DNA of 64,000 nucleotides, from positions 10,797 through 74,796 of the forward strand of contig CAMCCX010000002.1 of NCBI GenBank assembly GCA_945873305.1. The letters are read 5' to 3'. Positions 10,924 to 20,558 of the stretch are shown piece after piece. The stretch is from Akkermansia muciniphila. GTDB lineage: Bacteria > Verrucomicrobiota > Verrucomicrobiia > Verrucomicrobiales > Akkermansiaceae. The position numbers and the translations under genes were made by a program. Positions within the stretch are counted from its first letter, which is position 1. Every line of letters begins with the position of its first letter. Under the pieces are notes generated by a model. The model had not been told where the DNA came from. It saw only the letters and a list, made by a program, of their open reading frames with translations, and did no database searches.

Positions 10924-11570
10924 GTGTCTGTTTTTTTAAGTGTTGATGAATCGAGTTCGAGCATTTCAAGCCGGTCCCACAAGAGTCGGGGATCGAAGCT
11001 CATCGCTGCGAACATCGTAAGCACGACCACCCCGCCGAATGCAAGCGCGCCGGGGCCGGGCGTGACGGTCATGTAATTCCCCAGCTGCACCAACGCCACC
11101 AAAATCCCCACCACGAAGATGTCCACCATCGACCAGCGGCCCATCAGCTCGGTGAACCAATACATTCTCCCAAGCATCGCGGGCGACGGGTGCAATTTCC
11201 CCGAAGCGGCCAGGCAAAGCCAACTGATGGAGATGATTTTGAGCAACGGAATCAAGATCGAAGCCGTCAAAATGACCAGCGCGATCGGGTAAGCCCCGCC
11301 TTTCCAAAAGTAAATGATCCCGCCGACGATCGTGTTGCTGGTCACCACCCCCAGCTCGACCATCGTCATCATCGGCAGGAAATTCGCCGGAATATAAAGC
11401 GCGGCGGCTGCCAGCATGAAAGCCATCGTGCGCCGGATGCTGTCCGGCTTCCGCAAGTGCAAATGCGAGCCGCAGCGCGGGCAACGCCCCAGACTGACGG
11501 GAGAAACCTTCCCGCACGTGTGACAGCCCGCCAATCCCCGCGCCGCCGCCCGTGGCAATGAACCACTCAT
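10920..11570 (-). CDS. pqiA: PqiA family protein (C-terminal-half type)
   Basis: CHTC...CPRC zinc motif, LYIPANFLP, GRWSMVDIFVV; ATG at 11570 overlaps the upstream stop. Confidence 0.85.
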   Translation of the reverse strand: MSGSLPRAAARGLAGCHTCGKVSPVSLGRCPRCGSHLHLRKPDSIRRTMAFMLAAAALYIPANFLPMMTMVELGVVTSNTIVGGIIYFWKGGAYPIALVILTASILIPLLKIISISWLCLAASGKLHPSPAMLGRMYWFTELMGRWSMVDIFVVGILVALVQLGNYMTVTPGPGALAFGGVVVLTMFAAMSFDPRLLWDRLEMLELDSSTLKKTDT

Positions 11571-12199
11571 CGTTTCGCCACCTCCAAGCGATCCCAAAGT
11601 TCATCCCGGTCGATGCCGGCGATGGCCGCCGCCATGCACAGCATCACCGCGCCAAAGGCCCAGAAACCGGGGCCGAAATGGACGTCAGCCAGCTTGTTGA
11701 GCTTCAGCAGACTGACCAATACTCCCAACAGGAACACTTCGATCATGTTCCAAGGCTCGGTCTTGTTCAGCCACTTGGCGACATGGATCGCTCCCGGCGC
11801 GATCCTTCCGAACAACAGCGGCGCACAAACATACAGCAGCCCTCCCGCCAGCGCCAAAGGCGTGACGATGGTGAAAAGCGCCAATGCCACGCCCAGCAAG
11901 GGACTGCCCTCCGCGATCAACGCCCTCGCCCCGGACGCGAGATTCAAAGTCGTCCGGATGCCCGCCGCATCCATCGTGAGAAACGGAAACCAGTTCACCA
12001 CGAACATCAATAACAGCGCGGCGATGGAAAACGACGTCACCCGCGCCAGCGAGGCGGGTCGATTTTGATAGAGAACCGCGCCGCAGCAGCGACAACGGGC
12101 AGCCACCCCCTCCGCCAGCGGCGTGGCTTCGTGCAACGTGTCGCAAAAATGACAGACCGAATAATGCGGCCCGCCCGGCGGCTGCGGCCACGGATGCAT
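11567..12199 (-). CDS. pqiA: PqiA family protein (N-terminal-half type)
   Basis: CHFC...CRCC motif, PWNMIEVFLLGVLVSLLKL. Confidence 0.85.
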   Translation of the reverse strand: MHPWPQPPGGPHYSVCHFCDTLHEATPLAEGVAARCRCCGAVLYQNRPASLARVTSFSIAALLLMFVVNWFPFLTMDAAGIRTTLNLASGARALIAEGSPLLGVALALFTIVTPLALAGGLLYVCAPLLFGRIAPGAIHVAKWLNKTEPWNMIEVFLLGVLVSLLKLNKLADVHFGPGFWAFGAVMLCMAAAIAGIDRDELWDRLEVAKR

Positions 12200-12233
12200 G
12201 GCCCGCTTGGTTCTGGAAAACGATCTTCTCATC

Positions 12234-13088
12234 TTATCGAAGGGCCACCACCCGCTGGGCGAGTTCGCCCAAACCCTCCACACCACATTCCACAAAATCC
12301 CCCGCTTGCAAGTATTTCGGCGGGCTCATCCCCATTGCCACCCCGCTCGGTGTCCCGGTGGCGACCACATCCCCTGGCAGCAAAGTCATGAATCGGCTGA
12401 CGTAACTGATCAACTGCCGGACGGAAAACGACATGTCCCCGGTCCAACTGTTCTGCCGCAGCTCCCCGTTCACCTTGCACCACAAGCGCAATTTCTGGGG
12501 ATCGCCAATCTCGTCCGCCGTCACCAACCACGGCCCCATCGGGGCGAAGCTGTCGGCGCTCTTTCCCTTGGTCCACTGCCCGCCCATTTCCTTCTGAAAA
12601 GCCCGCTCCGAGAAATCACAAAATGTCGAGTAACCGGCGATGTAATCCATCGCCTCCCGCTCGTCCACATACGACGCCGTCCGCCCGATCACCACCGCGA
12701 GCTCCACCTCGTAATCCAGCTTCGTCGAGCCACGCGGAATGATCACATCGTCGGTCGGCCCGCTCCACGCGCTCGTCGCTTTCATGAAAATCGTCGGCTC
12801 CGTCGGAATCCCCTCACCCAGCTCCTTGGCATGCTCAAGGTAGTTTTTCCCGATGCAGACCAATTTTGAAGGACGCTCCACCGCCGGCCCCAACCTCACC
12901 ACAGGATCCACCACAGCCCCTCCCGGACAACCGTCCGCCACCCACTCCGCAAGCGACTCGATCCCGCCCATCGCGAAAAAACCCTCGTCGTAGTCGTTGA
13001 ATTCACCGCTCGCATCGATCAAGCGTCCGTCCGGCAGAAGAATTCCCGGCTCCTCGCGCCCCTCGTCACCGAACCGGATCAATTTCAT
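12234..13088 (-). CDS. Fumarylacetoacetate hydrolase family protein
   Basis: MKLIRFG start, CIGKNYLEHAKE, LDYEVEL, WTKGKSADSFAPMGPW, TGTPSGV. Confidence 0.9.
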   Translation of the reverse strand: MKLIRFGDEGREEPGILLPDGRLIDASGEFNDYDEGFFAMGGIESLAEWVADGCPGGAVVDPVVRLGPAVERPSKLVCIGKNYLEHAKELGEGIPTEPTIFMKATSAWSGPTDDVIIPRGSTKLDYEVELAVVIGRTASYVDEREAMDYIAGYSTFCDFSERAFQKEMGGQWTKGKSADSFAPMGPWLVTADEIGDPQKLRLWCKVNGELRQNSWTGDMSFSVRQLISYVSRFMTLLPGDVVATGTPSGVAMGMSPPKYLQAGDFVECGVEGLGELAQRVVALR

Positions 13089-13505
13089 GCGCGCTATGTA
13101 GCAAATGAGCCGGGATTGAGGAAAGCCAATCTTCGGGAAGTCCTCGGAGGCTAGAACCAAGCAAAAAAAGAAGCGGCCCGACTGATCATCACTCCAAGGA
13201 AAACCCATTAACCCGGGAGGCATCTCAGTCGGACCGCCTTGTCTTGCGACGGGGAGAACCTGGTATCTCCCCGCCCGACTGGCAAGAAATAAGTTTCAAA
13301 AAAATAAAAATTCCCGCCTCGGCCCCGCAAAAGCAGACTTCCGGCTCATCGAGAAAATCCACCAAGCCCGAATCCGGTGACAACGCCAACTCGCAAATCT
13401 GATTGAATATTCCGGGCACCCAGCGGGTCTCGCAAATTGCGGGGAGGGAAATTCCCTTGAAATGCCCCGCGTCTCGTTTACCAGTCTCCCGACCATCAAC
13501 ATCCC

Positions 13506-13757
13506 ATGAAATCACTCGTTCTGTCACTCACCAGCGCCATCACGGCGATCGCCCTTTCCAATTGCGCCGCGCCAGCCGGCCCTAACACCCAACGCGGCGC
13601 CGCCACCGGAGCCTTGGGCGGCGCGCTCCTCGGCGGAATCATCGGCCACCAATCCGGCAACGCGCTCGAAGGCGCCGCCATCGGAGCCGCCGGTGGAGCT
13701 GTCGTGGGTGGCACTTATGGCAATGCCCGCGACCAAGAACAATACGGTCGCTACTGA
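13506..13757 (+). CDS. Glycine-zipper lipoprotein
   Basis: Lipobox LSNC followed by GAATGALGGALLGGIIG...GAAIGAAGG. Confidence 0.85.
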   Translation: MKSLVLSLTSAITAIALSNCAAPAGPNTQRGAATGALGGALLGGIIGHQSGNALEGAAIGAAGGAVVGGTYGNARDQEQYGRY

Positions 13758-13774
13758 AATCCGCTTCTTTCTCG

Positions 13775-13812
13775 AAACGGGACGTTCAATTTCTGAACGT
13801 CCCGTTTTTTTT
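13775..13812 (+). terminator. Rho-independent terminator
   Basis: AAACGGGACGTTCA-ATTTC-TGAACGTCCCGTTT stem followed by a T-run, just after the 13757 stop. Confidence 0.85.
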
Positions 13813-13853
13813 GGATGAAAATTCATCCCTGCGCCTCTTAGCCTCACTCGCCC

Positions 13854-15962
13854 ATGCAACGCCTCACCCATTTTCTCATCACCCTCGTCTTCAGCATATC
13901 CGCCGCGACGGGCCAGGCGCAACCCCTATCCTCCACCGCGAATCTGTTCTCCGAGGAAGCTTCCATCTCCCCCGGCAAGCCCTTCACCCTCGCCCTCAAG
14001 CTGGACCATCCCGCCAAGTGGCACAGCTACTACCAGAACAGCGGCGGCATCGAACAATCCCTCGCCATCAAATGGACCCTACCGCCAGGCTTCACCGCCG
14101 GCCCGATCCAGTGGTCGGTCCCCGAGGTCAAGGAAGGCTACTTCGGGAAAAGCTTCGTCTATCCAGGCAGCCCGATGTTCCTCATCGACATCACCGCCCC
14201 GGCTTCGCTTGAGATCGGCAAAACAATCACCCTCACTGCCGACGCATCCTGGCAGATCTGCGAGGAAAGCTGCCTTAACGAGCAAAAAACTTTCTCGCTG
14301 AATCTCCCCGTCGCGGCCGCTTCGCAAAAGGAGCCCGCGACTGCCGGGTTGTTTGAAAAAGCCCGGGCCAGCCAACCCGCACGACTCACAAACGCGAAAA
14401 TTTCCGCGCGACCGGACGCAAGCGACGTCCTCCTTCGCGTTGAGCCCGCCCAAGCCATCGAAGACATTCCCACCGACTTCATCCCGGACCAACCCTTTAT
14501 CAAATCGGCCGGTTCCGGCGGTTCGATCCAGCGCGACGGCAATGCGTGGCTGATCCGCCTGCCCCGCGCGACCAAGGACGCACTCGATAACGACATCCCG
14601 CAGGGAAATTCGCTCTCCGGCATTCTCACCGGTGCCCGCCCGGTCTTGATTCCAGAGACGGCTATCGAAAATCCCGCCCCCGCCGCTATCAGCGAGGCTC
14701 CCCGGCCCTTGCCGCTTTCCATGTTTCTCAAAATCTTCGGTGGCATGTTTCTGGGCGGACTCATCCTCAATCTCATGCCCTGCGTGTTTCCCGTCATCGG
14801 CCTTAAGATCATGGGCTTCGTCCAACAAGCCGGGCATGACCGGAAAAAAATCATGCTGCACGGCCTGGTCTTTGCCGCAGGCGTGCTGCTGTCCTTCTGG
14901 GTGCTCTCCCTCGCGCTCTTTCTGGGAGGAATCACCAGCTGGGGCAACCAGCTTCAAGATCCCCGCATCACCCTGGGAACGATTCTAATCATGCTGCTTT
15001 TGGGCATGAACTTGTTCGGCGTTTTCGAAATCGGCACCTCTGCCACGGGAATCGGCGGGAACCTGGTCCAAAAACAAGGCATCGCGGGCACATTCTTCTC
15101 GGGCGTGCTGGCCACGCTGATCGCCACTCCCTGCTCCGGCCCCTTTCTAGCAGTCGCTATCGGAGTCGCGGTGACATTGCCCGCGGTTCCGTTCTTCACC
15201 GCGTTCACCTTCATGGCGATCGGCCTGGCGCTGCCATATCTCGTGCTATCGATGTTCCCCGCCCTGGTCGAGAAACTGCCGCGCCCGGGACCGTGGATGG
15301 AATCGTTCAAGCAGGGAATGTCGTTTCTGCTGTTCGCAACCGCCGCCATCTTTCTCTGGGTTTACAGCGCCCAGGTATTCGACCTCAACGAAGGACAAAA
15401 GGGCCTTTGGGTCATGCTCGGACTCAGTGCCGTAGCCACCGCAGCGTGGATCTACGGTCGCTGGAACCAGCCGGTTAGAAACTCTTCCGTCCGCATGACC
15501 GCCAAAGTCGTAGCCGCGCTTCTCTGCACTGGAGGAATCCTGCTCGCGTGGCCCTGGCCTGCGACGCAGCCGGAAACCGGCGCCGCCCAAACGAAACCCG
15601 CCGCCGTATGGGGAACCTGGTCCCAACAAGAAGAAGATCGCCTGCTTGCCGAGGGCCGCCCTGTTTTCGTCGATTACACCGCCAAGTGGTGCCTGACATG
15701 CCAGCTCAACAAGGGCCGCGCGTACACCCGGCCGGTGATTGATTTGATAGAGAAAAAAGGCATCGTCCTCCTCAAGGCGGACAAGACCAACCCGAGCCCC
15801 GCCATCGACGCCAAGCTCAAGCAAATGGGCCGCAGCGCGATCCCCGTCAATGTCCTTCTAGTCCCAGGCAAGGAACCGCAAATCACACCCGCCCTGCTGA
15901 CCGCGGACTACCTGACAGAACTTTTCACCAAGGAGCTCCCGGCGAGCGAACTGAGCCGCTAA
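13854..15962 (+). CDS. dsbD: DsbD-family protein-disulfide reductase (N-terminal domain, TM domain, thioredoxin)
   Basis: WQICEESC, LNLMPCVFPV, ATPCSGPF, WCLTCQLN motifs. Confidence 0.9.
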   Translation: MQRLTHFLITLVFSISAATGQAQPLSSTANLFSEEASISPGKPFTLALKLDHPAKWHSYYQNSGGIEQSLAIKWTLPPGFTAGPIQWSVPEVKEGYFGKSFVYPGSPMFLIDITAPASLEIGKTITLTADASWQICEESCLNEQKTFSLNLPVAAASQKEPATAGLFEKARASQPARLTNAKISARPDASDVLLRVEPAQAIEDIPTDFIPDQPFIKSAGSGGSIQRDGNAWLIRLPRATKDALDNDIPQGNSLSGILTGARPVLIPETAIENPAPAAISEAPRPLPLSMFLKIFGGMFLGGLILNLMPCVFPVIGLKIMGFVQQAGHDRKKIMLHGLVFAAGVLLSFWVLSLALFLGGITSWGNQLQDPRITLGTILIMLLLGMNLFGVFEIGTSATGIGGNLVQKQGIAGTFFSGVLATLIATPCSGPFLAVAIGVAVTLPAVPFFTAFTFMAIGLALPYLVLSMFPALVEKLPRPGPWMESFKQGMSFLLFATAAIFLWVYSAQVFDLNEGQKGLWVMLGLSAVATAAWIYGRWNQPVRNSSVRMTAKVVAALLCTGGILLAWPWPATQPETGAAQTKPAAVWGTWSQQEEDRLLAEGRPVFVDYTAKWCLTCQLNKGRAYTRPVIDLIEKKGIVLLKADKTNPSPAIDAKLKQMGRSAIPVNVLLVPGKEPQITPALLTADYLTELFTKELPASELSR

Positions 15963-15985
15963 TACCCCCTTCGCCGCCTTGCGAC

Positions 15986-16052
15986 AAAGTGTCCCGACTG
16001 TCTCAGTCGGGAGCGGAGCCTCGGAATCCGACTGAGACAGTCGGAACACTTT
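15986..16052. repeat. REP-like double-hairpin element, copy 2
   Basis: AAAGTGTCCCGACTGTCTCAGTCGG (15986-16010) and CCGACTGAGACAGTCGGAACACTTT (16028-16052), 1 mismatch; between convergent genes. Confidence 0.85.
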
Positions 16053-16070
16053 AGTGGTGGGGGCGGGACG

Positions 16071-19000
16071 TCAGCCCAACAAGATCGTTAGTCGGTCGCC
16101 GGTACCCGTCAGTCGCCGCACAAGGTCGTCCATGCCGACACGGACAGCTCCGGGGCGGTAGGGATTCACTTCGCGACTAAACTCGAGAAGCGTGCCGTTG
16201 AGATCGATCGCAACCGGTCCGCGCCCGGTCTTTCCGGTGCGGTAAATCACTTCGAGCGAATGACCCGCTAGATCCAGACACGCCGTCAGCCCGTCCAGAT
16301 CCGGAGCGATGACCGGATCCACGACCAGCGCGGATTTCTCCAAACGCAACCCCAGGAAACACTGCATGATCAGCCGCACACCAATACCCGCGCCGCTGGA
16401 ATAGACGCGCCAACCGCCTTCCAGCGAAATCTCGCCCCGGCCCACCTTGTCGTAGTCGCTGAAGGCCTCGTAGCGGTCGGCGAAGGCGGCGTCGGAGCTC
16501 GAATAATAACAGTTGGCCTGGCGCGGCGTTGCGGAGGCGACCAGCTCACGGATCGCGATCGGGTTGAGCTGGCAGAGGGCGCGGAAGAAGCCCTCCGCAT
16601 CGCCGAAGTGGGCGAGCGCCTCGCAGTAGCGAAGATGGGCGTGCATGTACATGATACCGATTTCCCGCCCGAAGTAGCTGGCGCTTTCCGCCCGCTGGAA
16701 ATAAGTCTGCAAGCCGCCATGATAGGCCATCGGGCGGTCGAACAGGTGCGCGCCGTCAGGACCCAGCAGGTGCTCCCGGATGATGCCGAGGTGGGCCGCC
16801 GCCTGCGCCGGGCTGAACATGTCGTTGATGATGGCGTGGATCATCGGCAGCAGGCTGTATGACAAGCCGGTCGTGCCGTCGCGGGGATGGAGCAGGTGCT
16901 CGGTTTTTCCTCCTTCGTGGAAATAAGCAAGGCCGGCGAGGACGTCGTCCACGATGAGCACGCGCTGGAATTCTTCGAGGATCCTGGCGGCCATCGCCTC
17001 GAACTCCCCGGCGCGGCCAGCGTTTCCAAGATGCCGGAACGCGGCGGCCAGGGCGACGCATGTCTGATAGTTGAGCGTCACCGTCCAGGAACTGCAAAGA
17101 CGCTCGCGCATGTCCGGCTTGGCGGGCTGGAGCGAGTCGTTCCAATCACCGTGGCCGTAAGCGGCGAGGCTGGTGCCTTCGATCACCCGGCGCCGGATCA
17201 GATCCAGCGCGCGTTCGACATGCTGCCAGATGGTGGCTCTTTCCGCAGCGGCATCCCCATCCGGATGGAAATACGGCAGGGACTCATCGAGCACGGATGA
17301 ATCCCCAGTGGCTGATAGATACTGGGCGAGGGCAAGCAGCGGCCAATAGACGATGTCACCGTGCGAATCTCCCGGCCGGATGTTGCGCTCGCGCTCGAAG
17401 AACATGAACCATTGCGGCCAATCGCCATCGGCATTCTGCTGGCGGAAAACCCGGCATAACAGATCCCGGATCTGCTCGAAACGGCCGAGCGCGAGCAGCA
17501 GTTCGACCGGCCCCTGACAGACATCGCGGGTGCCCCAGCCGCCACCGGAGTATTGTTCGAGACCGCGCGGCGAAAGATAATGGACGAGCGCGTTGTGGAT
17601 GAACCACGGAAAGATTTCACCGGCGCGCTCCGCCGCCGGCCCCAACAGATTCTCCTGCGGCGCGGTGATCTTCAAGCCGGAGGCTATCGAATCCCAGAAG
17701 TGCCCGGGTTGCCCTGCAACCTCATCGACCAGCCGGCCGCGCATGACCAGTCCAGCGCCATTACTCGGCGCGGTGACGAAGCACAGGAACGGCTGGCTGC
17801 GCGAGACACCATCCGCGAAGAGCAATTCGTCGCCGCCGACGCTCTCGACACGCGTGCCCTCGGCAGGCCCGACAAGGAATCCGCCGTCCGGGAAACGGCG
17901 GCCCACGTCGCTGTCCGGCATCGCGCGAACGAACGCCGTGCTTCCATCCAGCTGATACCTGACAGGCACGGAGGAACTACCGTCATCGCCATTGAGGGCG
18001 ACGTGGTGGGAGACCAAAAACCTAACTGCCTCTCCTTTGAGAACCTTCAAACCTAAGCCGAGCTCATGCCTGTCAGCGGGAGCAGAGGAAACCACTTCGA
18101 TCAATCCACCCTTGTGTTTGTAAATCCAGCGACAGGAATCCGGACTCATTTCAAACGCCGACGGCACACCCAACAAAACCCAGCTCCCGTCGAATTCCAC
18201 AAACACCCGCTGCCCGTGACTGCGGAACAACCCGAGATAGCTGTGACAAGTTGATAGAAAGCGGTTGATGCTCACGTGGCCCTGCGTGACCATCGAGTGG
18301 AACACGCCGCTCATCCACGCGGTGGAGGTCAGGGCGGATTCGTCGGGGGTTAGCGATCCGCCCGAGCGCAGGAGATGGCCGTGAGGGCGGAGCACCTTGA
18401 GTTCCTTCCGCCGCAGCACCACATGGCTCTGGCGCCCGCTGAAAAACGACTCCAGTTGACCCTCCTCGCGTTCCGTGTGCCGTTGATCGCCACCAAATAA
18501 ATCCCGGATTTCAGCCTCATCCAGATCGAACGATTCCAACAACCCGGCGGCGGTAAAGAGGCTTTGAGCAGGGCGATCTCCGGCGATTTCCTCCAACCAC
18601 GGCGGGCAGACAGCTTCTGGCAGAGCCAATGCGGCGTCGATCCAACAGATGTCATCCGCAGAGGTGGCGGTCGGTTTATCCACTTCAAACCAACCGAAGA
18701 ACCCGCGTTGCGATTTCGCGCCCGGTTCGAGCACGACGGACTCGTCTTGGATGGCGACCAGAGAGTGCTCGTGCTGCAGTCGCGCCCCCGGAAGACCATC
18801 CGCTAGAGCGCCGGGTGTGCCGCCCGCACGGGTGGAGAGACCGTTGAACTGAAGCGCGTCCGTGGCATAGCCGACGGCGTTTCCGAGCGATCCGATGACA
18901 GTCCACGGGCAACTCCCCCCCATCGCCTGGTTCTGCCGCGATGCGACGGCCACGCCCTTCGCCGCATGGTCGAGCGGCGCGTGGTCCACGTATTGACTCA

Positions 19001-19445
19001 CATAAAACTCATTAAGCCGCACCGCACCATAGTGGGCGATGCCGATGTCCTGGGTGTGGATGAGATCGCAGGTGACTGGCTCATCGCCGGTATTTTCAAG
19101 TTCCACATGCCAGAACCACGCCTTGGCCGACTCTGCCAACACGAGGCGCAAGCGGAACGCCAGATCGCCCCACGCGCCGCAGGCGACCATGCCGCGGCCA
19201 AAAGTCTGATAGGACGCGGGACTGCCAGGACCTAGCAGGGGAATCGACTCCACCGTATTCCCAAGACGGCGCAGGTAGATGTTCGCCGGGCCGCCCTCCG
19301 CTTCGTTGCCGAGAAATACATTCAGCATGATGTCGCCGCAATCCGCCCGCCGGATGGAGCCGTTGGCATTCAGTTCGAAACTCATGCCAGAGGGACTGGC
19401 GGCGCGGAATGGAAAAACAACAGGCTGCGTTTCGTGGGGGCTCAT
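16071..19445 (-). CDS. GH94 glycoside phosphorylase, most like 1,2-beta-oligoglucan phosphorylase
   Basis: YSGGGWGTRDVCQGP, YGHGDWNDSLQP, REIGIMYMHAHLRY, GWRVYSSGAG; ~1124 aa fits the recalled SOGP subfamily size. Confidence 0.8.
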   Translation of the reverse strand: MSPHETQPVVFPFRAASPSGMSFELNANGSIRRADCGDIMLNVFLGNEAEGGPANIYLRRLGNTVESIPLLGPGSPASYQTFGRGMVACGAWGDLAFRLRLVLAESAKAWFWHVELENTGDEPVTCDLIHTQDIGIAHYGAVRLNEFYVSQYVDHAPLDHAAKGVAVASRQNQAMGGSCPWTVIGSLGNAVGYATDALQFNGLSTRAGGTPGALADGLPGARLQHEHSLVAIQDESVVLEPGAKSQRGFFGWFEVDKPTATSADDICWIDAALALPEAVCPPWLEEIAGDRPAQSLFTAAGLLESFDLDEAEIRDLFGGDQRHTEREEGQLESFFSGRQSHVVLRRKELKVLRPHGHLLRSGGSLTPDESALTSTAWMSGVFHSMVTQGHVSINRFLSTCHSYLGLFRSHGQRVFVEFDGSWVLLGVPSAFEMSPDSCRWIYKHKGGLIEVVSSAPADRHELGLGLKVLKGEAVRFLVSHHVALNGDDGSSSVPVRYQLDGSTAFVRAMPDSDVGRRFPDGGFLVGPAEGTRVESVGGDELLFADGVSRSQPFLCFVTAPSNGAGLVMRGRLVDEVAGQPGHFWDSIASGLKITAPQENLLGPAAERAGEIFPWFIHNALVHYLSPRGLEQYSGGGWGTRDVCQGPVELLLALGRFEQIRDLLCRVFRQQNADGDWPQWFMFFERERNIRPGDSHGDIVYWPLLALAQYLSATGDSSVLDESLPYFHPDGDAAAERATIWQHVERALDLIRRRVIEGTSLAAYGHGDWNDSLQPAKPDMRERLCSSWTVTLNYQTCVALAAAFRHLGNAGRAGEFEAMAARILEEFQRVLIVDDVLAGLAYFHEGGKTEHLLHPRDGTTGLSYSLLPMIHAIINDMFSPAQAAAHLGIIREHLLGPDGAHLFDRPMAYHGGLQTYFQRAESASYFGREIGIMYMHAHLRYCEALAHFGDAEGFFRALCQLNPIAIRELVASATPRQANCYYSSSDAAFADRYEAFSDYDKVGRGEISLEGGWRVYSSGAGIGVRLIMQCFLGLRLEKSALVVDPVIAPDLDGLTACLDLAGHSLEVIYRTGKTGRGPVAIDLNGTLLEFSREVNPYRPGAVRVGMDDLVRRLTGTGDRLTILLG

Positions 19446-19522
19446 GGCCGTATGGTGGGGTATTTCGGGGAGGCCTGTCCACCCCAAGCCGAGGTGATCG
19501 GGAGCGCTGCAAATCAGGCCTC

Positions 19523-19893
19523 TTACACCTGCTTGTCCACGTCCTCTCGCAGGTTTTCGATGATGAAGTCCTGACTGTCCGGGGTGTTCTCGCCCATGTA
19601 GAAGGCGAGCAGTTCCTTCACGCCTTTGCCTTCCTGATACTCGACATGGTCGAGGCGCATGTCCGGGCCGATCATGAAGCTGAACTCGTCGGGCGAGATT
19701 TCTCCGAGGCCCTTGAAGCGGGTGATCTCGGCGGCCTTGCCGAGTTTCGCCAAGGCTTTCTGGCGCTCGTTGTCGTCGTAACAGTAGATGGTTTCCTTCT
19801 TATTGCGGACGCGGAAGAGTGGGGTTTGGAGAATGTAGAGATGTCCGTCGCGGATCATTTCCGGGAAGAACTGGAGGAAGAAGCTGAGCAATA
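19523..19893 (-). pseudogene. Orphan 3' fragment (copy A) of the parE-like gene
   Basis: Collinear, no indels, with 33953-34320 (about 21 mismatches in ~368 bp by hand count); no 5' part; ends KQV*. Confidence 0.95.
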
Positions 19894-19894
19894 C

Positions 19895-20011
19895 CACACG
19901 GCCTACGTCTCGAAAATTGCCGGTAGTCTGCCGAAGGACTGCATCCTCATCGCCAACCTATCCGGCCGCAGCGACAAGGACGTGGAACAAGCGTCGAAAT
20001 ACCTGCTCTAA
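19895..20011 (+). pseudogene. trpB: Orphan 3' fragment of tryptophan synthase beta chain
   Basis: [38 protein letters not shown] matches the TrpB C-terminal signature (..VNLSGRGDKD..); begins where parE homology ends. Confidence 0.8.
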
Positions 20012-20064
20012 TCCGCACCACTCGTTCACTGATCACGCTCCGGACTGCTGGTCCAATCGAAACA

Positions 20065-20268
20065 TCAGTCGGATTTACCGGTCTTCTTCGGCTTCTTCGC
20101 TGCGGTCTTCTTGAGATCCGCCTTGAGGGACTTCACTTGTTTCTTCGCCTGGCTCGCGGTTTTACGGGCCGCTTTAACCGCCTCCTTGGCTTGCTTGAAA
20201 TCGGCTCTCGCCGCCTGCAACTGGGTTTGTTTTTCGTCAGCGGGTTGTTTTTCTGATAAATCATTCAT
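20065..20268 (-). CDS. Small Lys/Ala-rich basic protein
   Basis: 67 aa, helical K/A-rich body with a KKTAAKKPKK tail. Confidence 0.6.
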   Translation of the reverse strand: MNDLSEKQPADEKQTQLQAARADFKQAKEAVKAARKTASQAKKQVKSLKADLKKTAAKKPKKTGKSD

Positions 20269-20558
20269 AAGTTTGGTGGGTTAGGGTCCGCTTGATCCGA
20301 AATTGGCAGGACAAGCAAAACATTGCGACAGCATGGTCACTTACGGATGAGATCCCAGACAATCTCTCAATTGTGACGATTCTCCGCACGAGGAAGATCG
20401 ATCCGAAAAGCGGAATCTTTACAAAATGGCGAAAAATGAGCTGTGCCATGTTTCCGTGTGACAAGTCAGCCACACGTGTGATTTTTTTGTAACAGGATTT
20501 CCGTTGGGAGAAGCCAGCCGATTCATAGCTTGCCGATGCCTCTCAAACATCGGCAAAC

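Noticed and set aside
10920-12199. pqiA as a split pseudogene
   Set aside because: Both halves have their own start and zinc motif, with a coupled ATGA overlap, consistent with a genuine two-gene arrangement.
19523-19897. A functional 124-aa stand-alone protein
   Set aside because: Its start arises from the trpB junction sequence; it is a displaced parE tail.
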